From contig JAGIQG010000028.1 in NCBI GenBank assembly GCA_024679065.1, forward strand, positions 23,002,001 to 23,066,000: 64,000 nt of DNA. The letters are read 5' to 3'. The notes under the pieces were generated by a model. It ran no database searches. It was not told the origin of the DNA and saw only the letters and a program-made list of their open reading frames with translations. A program made the position numbers and the translations under genes. Positions 48,161 to 61,099 of the stretch are shown here, in pieces. The stretch's first letter is position 1. The number at the start of each line of letters is the position of its first letter. This stretch comes from Sphyrna mokarran. Taxonomy: Eukaryota.

Positions 48161-48469
48161 AAGTGCTGGCAGCACTGAAAATCCATGTTACGTGATGTCA
48201 TATTGTAGGCAAATTAAGCATTTTGTGGTTACTCACCACCAGAGAAGTTGTATTGATGTAAGTTATTGATTCGGACGTAGTTTTGATGGCTAAATTGTTT
48301 CCATTTATGTTTCTCCCTTATCTTTAAAATTTCTACTCCTGCCAGGCATTTTTTGGCTGATACTATGAAGATCCTGTTTTTGAATTCTGTCCCTGAACAC
48401 AAAGGAAAAAAAGTTGGAATTTGTCACATTCTATCATTGTGTTGAAGTAAGACAACTGTGAACAGTTTT

Positions 48470-48755
48470 GTGGCACAGCTACAGGGAGCCGGGTTCAATT
48501 CTGGCTTCGGCTGACTCTGTGAAGTTTGCATATCCTCTCCGTGTTTGCATGGGTTTTCTCCAGGTGCTCTGATTTCCTCCCACAGTCCAAAGATGTTGGG
48601 TTGATTGGTCATGCTAAATTGCCCCTTAATGTGAGGGAGATTAACAGGGTAAAAATGTGGTTACAGAAATAGGGCCAGAGTGTGATTGTTGTCAGTTTAG
48701 GCTTGATGGACCAAATGGCCGCCTTCTGCACTGTCAGTGTTTTATAATTCTAGAA
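48470..48755 (+). mobile_element. HE1-like V-SINE
   Basis: B-box gggttcaattc, V-domain, tail gatggaccaaatggcc..ttctgcactgt. Confidence 0.75.
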
Positions 48756-49991
48756 TTAATTGATTTTTTGAATGGTTGAATACTACCATCACTTGAAGCA
48801 TGTTTATTGACACATTTGCTTACTGGAGTGCTTTATTACTTTTGCTCCAGTTCGAAGTCCGAGCCTGTATTTTTGTCTTCACTGCAGAAATTTTTTTCAT
48901 TGGAGGGTGCCTTGCACAGATTTGGAATTGATGTTTGGAATTGAGTCTCCAAATTTGATTCGAAGTAAGACATTCCCAGCTGGAGAACTTTCACAAACGT
49001 TGGCTCTTAGGCTAAATGGGACAAATCCTATTACATACGTATCCCTGCTAATAACTGAGAAAGTTAGAACTTCCCTCATCACCCGCATGTTCTTTCTACC
49101 TTTTATGCTGTTCCTCATCATTAACTTTTGTCACTTGAATGTAGCTCATTGCCCTATCTCTTTTCATATGTGCCAAGCTGCAACCATATGATTCTTGTGG
49201 TGAGGAACTAGATATTTGTTATTTTGTCTATGCTGATTTACATTTAAAATTGATGGAAGCATTGTCAATCTACTTGCATTGAAGCTTTATCCTCAACAAC
49301 TTTTTATTTGTCTTCAAACAAAAAAACTTAAAATAGTTAAAATTACTAATCTCTTATGACTCCTGCAAAGGCTGAGAGACATTCTCTGGGAATGGAGCTT
49401 TATTTATTATATATTCCACCTAATAAATATGTAAGAATGATTATGCAGGAAGGTAGCCTGAACCTGCAATGGCTTTTCAAAGCCTTTATGATCTCACCAT
49501 CTGCATATTGTTCTTCCAAAATTTTCCCTGCTGTATCTCTATCCCATCAAACCTTGTCATCACGTAAAATGACATTGGGAAGCCATGGAAATGTTTTCCT
49601 CCATCAGAGCAGACTGAAGAACTGTCTATTTGTGTCAGTCTATTCTGAAGGAATTTTGTTTGTGAAATTATCAATCAATTATCTAGTTTTTCAACACACT
49701 GTGTGGAATTATTACATTATTCCTGTCAAATGCTCCAAAATCTTTGGGTTTGAAGCTACCTTTTAACATAGTGTATTCAAAACAATTAAATCTGAAAAGA
49801 TAAATCATAGATTGTTGACGAATTAGGGAAATTTCAACTAGTTTTGTTAAGAACGTCTTTCTGATTGATTTGAAGGTCCTAATCATAAACTCAAGACATC
49901 CTTAACATATATATATGTTCTATAAAACTCGTGGGGGTGGATGTAAGAATATTTTCAATGGTATATTTGTAAACTGTCTTTTATTTAATAG

Positions 49992-50417
49992 GGTATTTCA
50001 GAAGGAGAACATGTGCACCCCAGCCAGAGAAGTAAAACTCCACAAATATCCCAGGATACCAAGGGACCTGCAGCTCCTGAGCATCCTCATCATGTATCTA
50101 TCACCAGATTACCAGGGCAGATGGAACTGCACTCACCTCACCTGCAGCATCTCCAAAGAGAAAGGGTACAACCGGAAGCTAATCCAACTTCTTATCCTTC
50201 TCCAACTGGAGTGTCTATGCCAATCAAACATGAACTATCCTCGCCACACCAACCCCCAACTCCAAAACAAACATCTTTTATCTCCACACAATCCTCAACA
50301 CCAGGAGTGGCCCCAGCACCTGTGATGTCCAGGGCAGACCCTCAAACCACTGGAAAGCAGGAACCACAGCCACCGTCAGGTTCACAGAGACCTGTGGACA
50401 TGGTGCAGCTTCTAACA
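49992..50417 (+). CDS. SPEN: SPEN coding exon: Pro/Gln-rich region up to the start of SPOC
   Basis: Acceptor ttatttaatag, donor ACA|gtaagc, 426 nt, phase 0/0. Encodes GISEGEHVHPSQ...SQRPVDMVQLLT. Confidence 0.92.
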
Positions 50418-51017
50418 GTAAGCGTCAACTCCATTGCATGAGTTAAAAAGACTAGCTTGAATTCATCAACATAAGAGAGAAGTTTAAATTATATCAACTC
50501 AAGGTTTTTAAAAAATTTGTAGAATGTTAAATTTAAATATAGAGTTGCTTAAAAGTGATGAGTGTCTCTGTTTCAACTTGGTCATAACTATTCTCTTATC
50601 CATTTCTATCATCAGGCTTTACTTTTATGATCCCTTTGCTTCTCATTTGTTCCCGTTGATTTCAGTTTGTTTTCTTTTTACTTTCTATGTTTTCTTAAAC
50701 TTTTTTATTCCTCTAACTTGTAACTGAATTATGTTTTAACATAATATTTTTGTGAAACATTAAAGAAGGTTCTAACCAGGTGAATCTATTATATGTAGCT
50801 GAAGGGAATCCCCTTAACTATTTGCTCTCATTTTATTGGTTTTCCTCACTTGCACTATCTGCATGAAACAGTTTACCAAATGCCCTTCATATTCATGGCT
50901 TTCACATCAATTCTGGAAATACGTCACAACTTGGAGGATCTGTATGGATAGCACAGAAATGCTACAGGATTAAAGGATATTAAGTGTGATTTACGTTTAA
51001 ACTGTTTATCCCTGTAG

Positions 51018-51212
51018 AAGTACCCGATTGTGTGGCAGGGGCTGTTAGCTCTGAAGAATGATACAGCTGCAGTACAACTACATTTTGTGTCTGGCAACAA
51101 TGTGCTTGCCCATCGGTCACTTCCAGCACCTGAGGGCGGGCCTCCTCTCAGAATTGCTCAGCGCATGCGGCTGGAGGCAACACAGTTGGAAGGTGTAGCA
51201 CGCAGAATGACG
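51018..51212 (+). CDS. SPEN: SPEN coding exon: SPOC domain
   Basis: Acceptor ccctgtag, donor ACG|gtaagt, 195 nt. Encodes KYPIVWQGLLALKNDTAAVQLHFVSGN...LRIAQRMRLEATQLEGVARRMT. Confidence 0.97.
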
Positions 51213-51365
51213 GTAAGTGACTTAACAAGGGTTACAGCTGCTGAAGACAGTGAACAATTTATCTTTTTTAAACACTGTCTTAAACATTGTGACTTTAATT
51301 TGGGCAGAAGCAGGATAGAAAGTAACTATTGTAAAGACTACCTGACATTTCTTTTTGTTTTCTAG

Positions 51366-51524
51366 GTGGAAACTGATTACTGCTTATTGTTGGCATTACC
51401 GTGTGGACGTGATCAAGAAGATGTAGTAAGTCAGACAGAGTCATTGAAGGCTGGTTTTATTAGCTATCTACAACTCAAACAAGCTGCTGGAATCATCAAC
51501 GTTCCAAATCCTGGCTCAAATCAG
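51366..51524 (+). CDS. SPEN: SPEN coding exon: SPOC domain
   Basis: Acceptor gttttctag, donor CAG|gtatac, 159 nt. Encodes VETDYCLLLALPCGRDQEDVVSQTESLK...QAAGIINVPNPGSNQ. Confidence 0.97.
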
Positions 51525-52343
51525 GTATACGATCAAACAGAAATTCAGATGCATGACTTTTGTTCACTATGAGGTTAAAACAAGGGATTAATGCAGTCTG
51601 GGGTGCAGGTCTTATCATCCACAAGGGAATGACTGATTATTCCCCTCTGATCTCATCTTGTATACTGTATCAATGTTATCAATTTGAATTAGCTTTACTG
51701 CAGCAACTGGAAAAACCCTGATGTCCCCAGCAAGTGAAAAGAAATATGGAATGCAGCCAAGCAACATCACAGGAATGTAAACCATTTCAGTGGACTGTAG
51801 GAACCAGATATTTCCATTTTGCATTGAGATGTTGTAAACAATAATGTGTGCTTCAGGCAGAGGCATTCCATAGCAAAAGAAAGGTCACTCGAGTCTCTTC
51901 CTTCCCTCACCAAAATTAAGCAGGTTTGCATTTTTTTTCTTTTAATATCTGCCACCTTCTCTTATCCAGTTTCAACTGTAAGCCCCTCTGCTCATAGTAT
52001 GATTTTTCCAGTTAACTGAATTTCAGACGAGAGATCTCTGGTTATTGTAGAAATTGTACATGTTGATGGATCAAAGGAGGAGGGTTTCATTTTTTTGATA
52101 TTTCCAGCATATGAGTGCTTGAATAAGGCTGTTGTTTGCACCCCCTCAAGTAATTGAAATGAAATCTTTGTTATTAAGCCAGTTTTTCGAATTTCAAAAT
52201 GAAACATAGTTTGAAATTTGTTGGAAATTATTTTGCTATGTTGAAAGTGAAATCTTTTGTGTTAGTTATTCTACAGAAAACCTGTCAATGTTTTTATGTT
52301 TTGAAGACTGCACCCACTGATCTTGTGTTTTATCTCTTTGCAG

Positions 52344-52475
52344 CCTGCTTATGTTCTTCAGATATTCCCACCCTGTGAATTCTCTGAAAGTCATCTGTCC
52401 CGTCTAGCCCCAGATTTGCTCGCCAGCATCTCCAACATCTCCCCTCATCTAATGATTGTCATTGCTTCAGTGTGA
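52344..52475 (+). CDS. SPEN: SPEN last coding exon: end of SPOC and stop codon
   Basis: Acceptor ctctttgcag. Encodes PAYVLQIFPPCEFSESHLSRLAPDLLASISNISPHLMIVIASV, then TGA at 52473-52475. Confidence 0.97.
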   Translation, partial: PAYVLQIFPPCEFSESHLSRLAPDLLASISNISPHLMIVIASV

Positions 52476-53670
52476 GCATTTGGTTTGCTCTCCTTTTTAA
52501 ACTTGGACTCCGTTACACTGCCAACTGCCAATCTTCTTCCAAGCAGGGCCCGATTTGGACAATGGGCAGCTACGTGTTTACAGTGTTTCCAGCCCTGGGC
52601 AAACTGGTGGGTTCCAGTGGCAGAATGGAAACCCCTCTATGTAATCCTGCACTCTCGGCGATTCCTGTTTATGTGAATTGGGATTACCATTGCACTATAT
52701 TAGTGACTTGGTGACTGTATGGCAGTAGATTGCTATGGATCTTATCATGGTAGCATCCTGGATCCCCTCTGATGGACTTGAAGGCAGGACCTCAGAATCC
52801 CTACCTGTGTCAGCAGGGCCAGAGTTGGGATGCTTTTCAACCCCACCATCAGTTGTAATGATCAACTCTTTCCTTTTGTAAATCTCCTTTCTTCGAGAAG
52901 GAATCAAATGGGCTGATTGCTGAGAGAAGAGGGATGAACAGTTTAAGCTGAAAAGGGAAAAAACGCTGGTGGGAAATGCTGAATCCTTGGAACCATGAAT
53001 TCAAACTTTACTGAGATGAAAAAAACATACAATTTTACCTGTGCCAAAATGCATTTTCAGAGAAATCTTATTTTCATATGCGGACTTTGTACTTTCATTC
53101 ATTCTTAAGTGCGCTTCACTACTCCCTAACGCTGCCCTTCAAGATGTGAGAGTATTTTATGCTTGTCAGGACATCTGTTCGGTCTGATTAATTTATAAAT
53201 TCTTTCCACAGTCCTTCCTTTGTTTTTTTTAATCCTTTGTTGTTTGGAGCAATCCGAGTCTGATTTAAGCCAATGTGGTGAAAAGTGGTCTCCTATACAC
53301 AGCAAAAACTGGTACTCAGTAAACAAGCCCCCCTACTCCTAATAGGCCGGGGATGCAAGGGGACTGGTACTCCCAAGAAAACAGGGGCTGCGCCGTCTGA
53401 GCCAGCCACGAATGCTGTAACTACCTACTGGCAGCAAGCAGTCTCCTTGTACTTTTTAATGGCGTTTGTACATAGTACTTTTGGAATTCTGTGCTTTGGT
53501 CTGATCTGATTAACTTGTGTAAAAAAGAAAGGAAACCCCAAACTCCCAGACTTGAACCGTGTTACACAGTGCTGTAAATATTTGTAAAACTCAAAACAAT
53601 TCTTTCATGGTAATGTTGAAGGCACTTATAATTTTGATACACAGAATAAAAATCTTAGCACATTATAGAA
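52476..53670 (+). other. SPEN: Probable SPEN 3' UTR
   Basis: Repeat-free stretch from the stop codon to AATAAA at 53645. The end position is inferred. Confidence 0.65.
53645..53650 (+). terminator. Polyadenylation signal AATAAA
   Basis: First canonical hexamer I see after the stop, preceded by several TGTA (CFIm-type) motifs. Confidence 0.65.
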
Positions 53671-54390
53671 TTTATGGCAGCATTCTCTGTATGTAAATAG
53701 CCTGCCAGCTGGCAAAATTTAGAGCCTGGACAGCCAACTTTTTCAGGTGACCTATAAAGGTATAACTAACTTTTTGATGAGTAGATAATTGTTAAGGTGT
53801 GTAGCAGACTTGTCTCTCCAACATCACTTACTTTAGCCTACATATTCCACACAACTGTGGTAACTGCACCTTCTGGAACTACCTTGTGACCATAGATTCC
53901 TCTAAAGCGATTTCAGGGAGTAACTCTAATAATGAATGTGTTAATTCTGTGGCTGTAAATTATGATGTGCTTATATAATTATACTGTTAATGCACTGGGA
54001 GCAGCTAGAGGAGAAAGTAGTACCAACTTGCTCAATCTAAGAAATGTGTGTTTTAAATCTTTTCTTTCCATCTAATTGGATGCATAAGGAAGGAAACCCT
54101 TCCCTTTTATATCAGGCGATGGGATGGAGATATCATATTTGAACTACTTTGGCAGTGTGCTATCTTTATTATATAAAGTTATTAATAACTGCATTATTAC
54201 ATCTTTAACATGATTTTGCAATTCAACAGGGTATTTTTTTAATTGATAGAAATAGAAAATAGTGGAGCTTCAGTTAATTGTTGAAAAGTTTGAGTAATTT
54301 ATATTGTGCACATGCTGAGAGAACAGTAAGCCTTTAAATTATTTTACTAATTCAAAATTTGGTGCGTGTATGTATTAGTCAAATGCATAC

Positions 54391-54705
54391 TGGTACAGTG
54401 GTTAGCACTAGGTTCAGTTCCCACCTTGGGTCTATGTGGAGTTTGCACGTTCTCCCTGTGTCTGTGTGGGTTTCCTCTGGGTGCTCCAGTTCCCTCCCAT
54501 AGTCCAAAGATGTGTAGTTTAGGTGAATTGGCCATGCTAAATTGTCCGTCAGTGTCCCAAGATTTGTAGGTTGAATAGCTGCAGCTAAACTATTGGCTTA
54601 GTTTAGGAGATATGTCCTTGGTTAGATACTCTGTCAGAGAGTTGGTGCAGATTTGATGGGCAAAATGGCCTCCTTTTGCACAGTAGTAATTCTATTATTC
54701 TATGA
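54391..54705 (+). mobile_element. HE1-like V-SINE
   Basis: acagtggttagcact, tgtggagtttgcacgttctccc, tail gatgggcaaaatggcctcc...attctatg. Confidence 0.8.
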
Positions 54706-55439
54706 ATGTTTAATGTAATTATCCTAAACTAGGAATTTGAGTTTACTAGTTTTACAAAACGAATGATTAATTAGAATTTTTGAAGTCACCAAAACCTAAA
54801 ATGGAATATAATCAGAATGTTAAAATCTAATTTAGATAATTATGCAAATTAAGGTGCTTTATGCATTTTTCTAATTCTGCTTTATTATCTTTATAATTGT
54901 CATAAAAATCATTGTTCAAACTTGAAAGGGTTCAGCTGTCAGAAAGGTCAAGTCTCTAATTTTTATCTTTCTAATTGAAAGAATTCTGTATTTCTAGTAA
55001 TCTTTTTGGGATGAATCATCGCAGTTGCTTCAGAAATACTTGGTTATCTTTGTTCAGAAAACAAATTGTGGGGAAAAAAACCTATTGTGCTTGAATAATT
55101 TATACTTATGGTGTTTGAAGATGCATCTTTGCAAATCTGGTACAGCAGATCTTATGTTACACTCCAGTAACGTCAGGACATTTTTACTGAATTATATTTT
55201 TAACAGGCAAATACCAGGAACAGCCATAAACAAGAGTGTTTTAAATTTATAAATGAATGTCAAGATCAGATCATGTGGTCTCTGCAAGATGAAAGCATGT
55301 TCTGGAGCTGTGACCGTCAGCAGATTCCGTTAAAATTTTGACGGATGTCATACAATTGAGGATCAGATCGGGATACTTTTAAAGCAAGACACAAGTTGGA
55401 GAGTTTCCTCCCTCATAGTTCAGTGGATTTATTTCTTGA

Positions 55440-55890
55440 GTCCAGGAAGAGATCCATGTTCAGTTTCTGGCCTGTGCTGAATTGACCTCAAGAAAGACAA
55501 TTGTAAGGACTTCAGTTGCTTTGTGTTTGGAAGAAAGTAATCATCCAGGGCTCTTGCGACTGATTATTATTCAGTTGTTCCTGCTGGAAGTATGTGTGCT
55601 AGTGTGGAAATGTTAGGTAAGACTTAGCTATGCCAGCCCTTAAACAGCCTACTGCTATTCATTATCAGAGCTCACACAACTTTGGAAAAGGTAGCAAAGA
55701 GGGATCCATGATTTGTGCTGTGCTAGCTTATTGCTGCTCAACTGATGCCCACTATTGTTAATTAGCCTCTCAACACTCATTAGACTCATTAAAATTGATG
55801 AAGATTGGCCACTGGAGCAATAAGCTGGATGACTGTCTATATCTGGAACTGCACCCAGTCATATTAACACATTCTGTGAGGGAGAGAGAA
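55440..55890 (+). mobile_element. LF-SINE-like ancient SINE, decayed
   Basis: ccaggaag...ctgtgctgaattg...cctgctggaagt...aggctcacac-like segment present twice...ggccact...ccccag. Confidence 0.45.
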
Positions 55891-56499
55891 CATTTGGGGT
55901 AAATAATTGAAATCAGATAAATTGTAAGCAGATCTGATAAATGGTTGCTGGTTTACTCTGTACTACTATATATTATATCAGGATGTTGTCACTATATTTT
56001 TCCATTTAAACCTCCTACGACTTACCACTGTTTTTGTGACTGCAATATATTTACGTTTAGACCTGATACTTTAAAAATTGATACACTGTAAAAGACTCCA
56101 TTATAAATATTAGCTGTTTTACCCATTTTTTTTTACATGATATTGGCAGCAAAACTCATCATTTTATTGAGGCTATAATAGTATAACCCCACCATACAAA
56201 TTTACAGATTTGTCCATGGTTATCCAATGACCATCTGCATTTCTTGCTGCCTACAGTCTGATGCACTCCATATAAAATTTGTTGAGATCACATTGATTTT
56301 ACTTGAATTAGTCCCAGGACCATCATAATCAGTCCAAAGATTACGATCATTAAAGTTGTCATAATTCTTTAATGCCAGTCTCCCTGTATTGGTTGCTTCC
56401 AAAATGAAATCTAATGTGATCAATACAGTCAGGATATGTCAATTTCATTGAATGTTTTACCAATATTTTGACTAATCAATTCCAATTCTTAAAAGACAT

Positions 56500-57140
56500 T
56501 ATCCATGAAGTGGGTGTAAATGTGAATTCCTAGTTGCCCTTGGAAGGTGATGTTAGGCCTTTGTGAAGCACTGGTTGGTTTGATACAACTGAATGGTGTC
56601 AACAGTGTTGCATGTTGGAGTCATGTATAGGTCAGATTGGATATGGATTTCTTCCCTAAAAATCATTATTTATTTATCTGTGTCGCAAGTAGGTTTACAT
56701 TAATACTGCAATGTAGTTACTGTGAAAATCCCTTAGTTGCCACAGTCTAGCAGCTGTTCGAGTATGCTGAGGAAGAATTTAGCATGGCCAGTGCACCTAA
56801 CCAGCATATCTATTGGACTATAGAAGGAAACTGGAGCACCCGCAGGAAACCCATGCAGATATGGGGAGAATGTGCAAACTCCACACAGACAGTGACCCAA
56901 GCTGGGAATCGAACCCAAGTCCTTGGTACTGAGAGGTAGCAGTGCTAACCACTGTGCCAGAGTGTCACCCAATTAATGAATCAGTTATGTTTTTATGACA
57001 GGCCAATATTTACATGGCCATTACTAATGATACCAATTTCTCATTTAGAGCTTTTTAACATTAAATTCAAATTCTCAGACTATCTTGTTGAGATTTGAAC
57101 TCTTGTTCCTTCGATGGCTAGTCCACTAACATAACTACTA
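56500..57140 (-). mobile_element. Old tRNA-type SINE with a nested V-SINE at about 56668-56970
   Basis: Host halves gatttcttccctaaaaatcatta | attaatgaatcag match the uninterrupted copy at 61655-61955; the insert has a full V-SINE head and core. Confidence 0.65.
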
Positions 57141-57354
57141 CATGGATGAAAGAGCTGAACCTCTCAGAGTTACTGCCCTTGACATCAATGCAGCATTTAA
57201 CCAAGTGTAACATCAGAGAGCTCTATCAAAACTGGAGATAATGGAAATTGGGGGGCAAGTCTTTGTGGGTTGGAGTCATACCTGGCATGGAAGGAAGTCA
57301 TTTGCCTTCCATATCTGTTCAAAAGAGCTGCACAATTTAGTCCCACACCCCAAA

Positions 57355-57835
57355 CTTTCCATAAGATCATAAAAAATAGGAGAAAAAAGGCCCATTCACT
57401 CCATTGAGATTGCTCCACCATTTGATAAGATCATAGATGATCTGATTAGCTGCACTTTCCTGTTTCTCCTCCCTCAACCTGAAATCCTGTGCAAATCAAA
57501 AAATCTGTCTTAACTCAACCTTGAGTATATCCAGTGACCCAGCCTCTACTGCTGTCCATGAAAGAGTACCAAAGATTAATGACTGTCTAAGAAAGTCATC
57601 CTTGATGTCTTCTTAATTGGGATATCTCTTACAAAAATTTTAAACTGTGCCCATAATTCGAGATTTCCTCCAAAAAAAAGAACCATCCTTTCAGCACATA
57701 CGCTATCAACCCAGCTCAGAATCTATGTTTCAATAAGATTACCTCTCACTCTTCTAAATTCCAGATAAGTCCAATCAACTCATTCTTTCACAATAATACA
57801 ACCCTTTCATCCCAGGAATTAGCCAAGTGAAACTT
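57355..57835 (-). mobile_element. CR1-clade LINE 3' end
   Basis: cataagatcataa tail; reverse-strand FTWLIPGMKGL.Y.ER, RGNLIET. Confidence 0.7.
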
Positions 57836-57845
57836 CTGTAAGTCA

Positions 57846-60800
57846 CATATCTTGCTGGTTTAAAGGCACAAGTAGAGGTAAGTGGGTATGATCTAATTGC
57901 CATTATGGAAATGTGGTTACAGGGTGAACAAGACTGCAACTTGAATAATAAAGAAGAGTCAATGTTTCGGAAGGACTGTAAGAAGGGTAAAGAGGTGGTT
58001 TTTACTGACAAAACGGATGGAAATCAGTAAATTAGTACAGAGTGGAAAATTAAAATGTAAAATCTGGGTGGAGCTAAGAAACAGTAAGGGGCAGTAAACA
58101 TTGGTAAGGGTTGTTTATCGGCTGCCAAACAGTAGTGGTAGTATAGGGCATGGTATTAATTGGGAAAAAGTTAAAGTTTATTAGTCACAAGTAAGTTTAC
58201 ATTCACACTGCAATGAAATTATTGTGAAAAAACCCTAGTTGCACTCTGGTACCTGTTTGGTAGGTTGAGAGAGCACTTAGCATGGCTAATTCACCCAACC
58301 AGCCCATCTTTGGATTGCGAGAGAAAACCAGGGCACTTGGAGGAAACACACGGAGACATGGAGAACATGGAAAATCCACACAGATTGTGTCCCAAGCCTG
58401 GAATCAAACCCAGGTCACTGGTGTTGTGAGGCAGCAGTGCTAACCACTGTGCCACCAGTTAGAAAGGCATCTAGTATGAGTAATAAAATAATCATGGGTG
58501 ACTTCAATCTGCCTATAGACTGGGTAAATATGAGCACTAATGCTTTGGAGAACAAGTTTCTGAAGCATGTTAGGGATGGTTTTATAGAGTAGTATGTTGA
58601 GGAACCGATGCGAGAACTGGCTATTTTAGATCTAGTATTATATAATGGGAACTAACTAATTAATAAGCTTGCAAAAGAACCTTCAGGAATGAATGACCAT
58701 AATATGATAGAATTTTATGTTATGCTTGAAAATGAGTTTAATCTGAAGCCAGGTTGTTAAATTTGAACAAAGGAAAGTATGTTAGACGATGAATAGTCTT
58801 TAAAGAATTATTACACAGTTTATTGCAACCTTCTCTCACATCACAAAGACCCAAAGGTAGAATCATTAATCTTGACTAACAAAGAAGGTTGAAAATTGTG
58901 TAAAATAAAAGGACCTATAATGTTGCCAGAGGATTGTCTTATGAGGTAGGGTTAGACAGAATGGGTTCATTTACACAGAGTTTGGAATAGTGAAGGCTTG
59001 CTTGAAGTAAATAAAATTTTGAATTAGCTTGACAAGGTGGATGTGGAAAGGATGTTTCCCTTTGTGAGTGAGAACTTGGAGGCACTGTTTGAAAATTAGG
59101 ATTTTAGGATGGAGATGAGAATTTTTTTTCTTTTGAGCCTTGTGTGCGTTGGAATTCTGCCCAGAAGGTGGTGGAGGCAGGATCATTGAATGTTTGAAGG
59201 CAAGGGTGGGTAGGGTGTTAAGCAAGGGAAACAAATGTTGGGGTAGATGGGGATGTAGAATTTGAAGCACAGATCAGTTATGACTTTATCAAATGGCAGC
59301 GCAGGTTCAAGAGGGCAAATAACTTACTTCTGCTCCTATTTAATATGTTTGTTAATAGTAGTAAACATGGAGTTTGGTAGAATTTTAGAATACAATGAAC
59401 AAGAACAAAGAAACTAATAATGGGAGAATAGAATATGAATGTAAATGAGCAACAAATATAAAAACAGACTGTAAATGCTTATGTGTGTCCATTACAGGTA
59501 GAGTCAGGAGAATTTATAATAGGGAATAGGGAAGTGGTAAAGAAGTCTAAATGATTATTCTGTGACTGCCTTCACAGAGGAACATTCAAAAGATCTCCTG
59601 GAATTAAAAATCCAAAGAACTGGGGAGAATGTGGAATTGAAGGAGATTATTAGTAAGAATATTGTATCAAAGAAATTAATGGGTTTCAATTGGTAAATGT
59701 AGTTATTTTGTACCCCAGCATGTTGAACAAGGTAGCCTGTGGAGATAATGAGTGCATTGAAGTTCATTTTTCAAAATTCTATAAAATACAGAATGATTTA
59801 GAATCCTTACAGTGCAGAAAGAGGCCATTCAGCCCATTGAGCCTGCGCCAATAATCCCACCCTGGCCCTATCACCGTAACCTCACCTGTTTACCATGCTA
59901 ATCCCCTGACACTAAGAGCCAGTTTAGCATGGCCAATCCACCTAACCTGCTTGTCTTTGGACTGAGAGGTGAAATCAGAACACCCAGAGGAAATCCACGC
60001 AGATAGGGGAGAATGTGCAAACTCCAATCAGTACAAAAGCCACACAGATGTCTGCAGATTAGATGGTATAAAATGTCACTGCACTATTTAAGAAGGGAGG
60101 AAGAGAGAAAAGAGAAAACCAGAATTGTTAGCCTTGTCATCAGTAGTAGGAGAAATGTCACAATCTATTCTGAAGGATATGATAAATGGACATTTGGATA
60201 ACAATGATCAGATTGGCAAAATTAACATGGACGTATGAATGAGAAATCATGCTTGACAAATATGTTGGGAGATTTTTAGGATGTTAATAACAATTGATAA
60301 AGGGGACGTATGGTAATCGGAAGTTAATTTGCAAACTTCAAGCACGTGGGATAGGAGATAATATACTGGTATTGATTAAGGATTGGTTAACAGGCAAAAA
60401 TCAGATAGCATGAATAAATTAATCATTTTGGCGATCTCAGGCTGTGACTAGTGGGATATACAAGGATTAGTCCTTGATTCCAGTTCTTCACAATCTATAG
60501 CAATGATTTGGATGTGGGACTAAGTGTAGTATTTCCAAATTCGGGATGATACAAAACTAGATGGGAGTGTGTTGTGAGGAAGGTGTACAGTGGCCTCAAG
60601 GCAATTTGGACATACTGAGTGGGCAAGAACATGGCAGATGGAACATAATAGGGAAAATTCAAGATTATCCACTTTGGTAGGGGGAATAGGTTATTTTATA
60701 AATGGTAAGAAAGTATAAATGTACAAAGGGACGTAGTGTCTTCATAAATAAATCAGTGAAAGCTAAAATGAAAGTGGAGCAAGCAATTAAGGGAAGCTAA

Positions 60801-61075
60801 TGGTATAACGTTAATTATGGGGACTTGAGTACGGGAGTAGCAAACTCTGCCTTCAATTGTGTAGAACCTTGTTTAGACTGCCTGGTGTACTTGTGCAGTT
60901 TTGGTCCCACTGCACTAGGAAGGATATTCTCATAAAATGCAGAAAAGTTCACAAACAGGTTCCTGTGATGAAAGCTACAAAATAAAGGAATGAACAGGGT
61001 AGATGCAGATAAAATGTTTCCCCTGATTGGAGAGTCTAGAACCAGGGACACAATTTCAAAATAAGGGGGACTGGA
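57846..61075 (+). mobile_element. Long decayed CR1 ORF2 (APE endonuclease to RT) with nested insertions
   Basis: YDLIAI.E.WL, FRKD, IIMGDFNL.IDW, AILDLVL, .DHN.I.F, KSCLTN, SKF.DDTKL, WQME.N. Inserts: SINE 58168-58458 (-), CR1 tail 58935-59350 (+), SINE 59795-60030 (-). Confidence 0.8.
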
Positions 61076-61099
61076 GGATGTATGAAATTCTTCCAAAAG

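Noticed and set aside
49356-50325. 136-aa ORFs at 49356-49766 and 49915-50325
   Set aside because: One is intronic AT-rich sequence and the other is an alternate frame of a SPEN exon; neither shows homology cues.
55326-55345. Near-palindrome TCCGTTAAAA/TTTTGACGGA
   Set aside because: Short, imperfect and isolated; compatible with chance.
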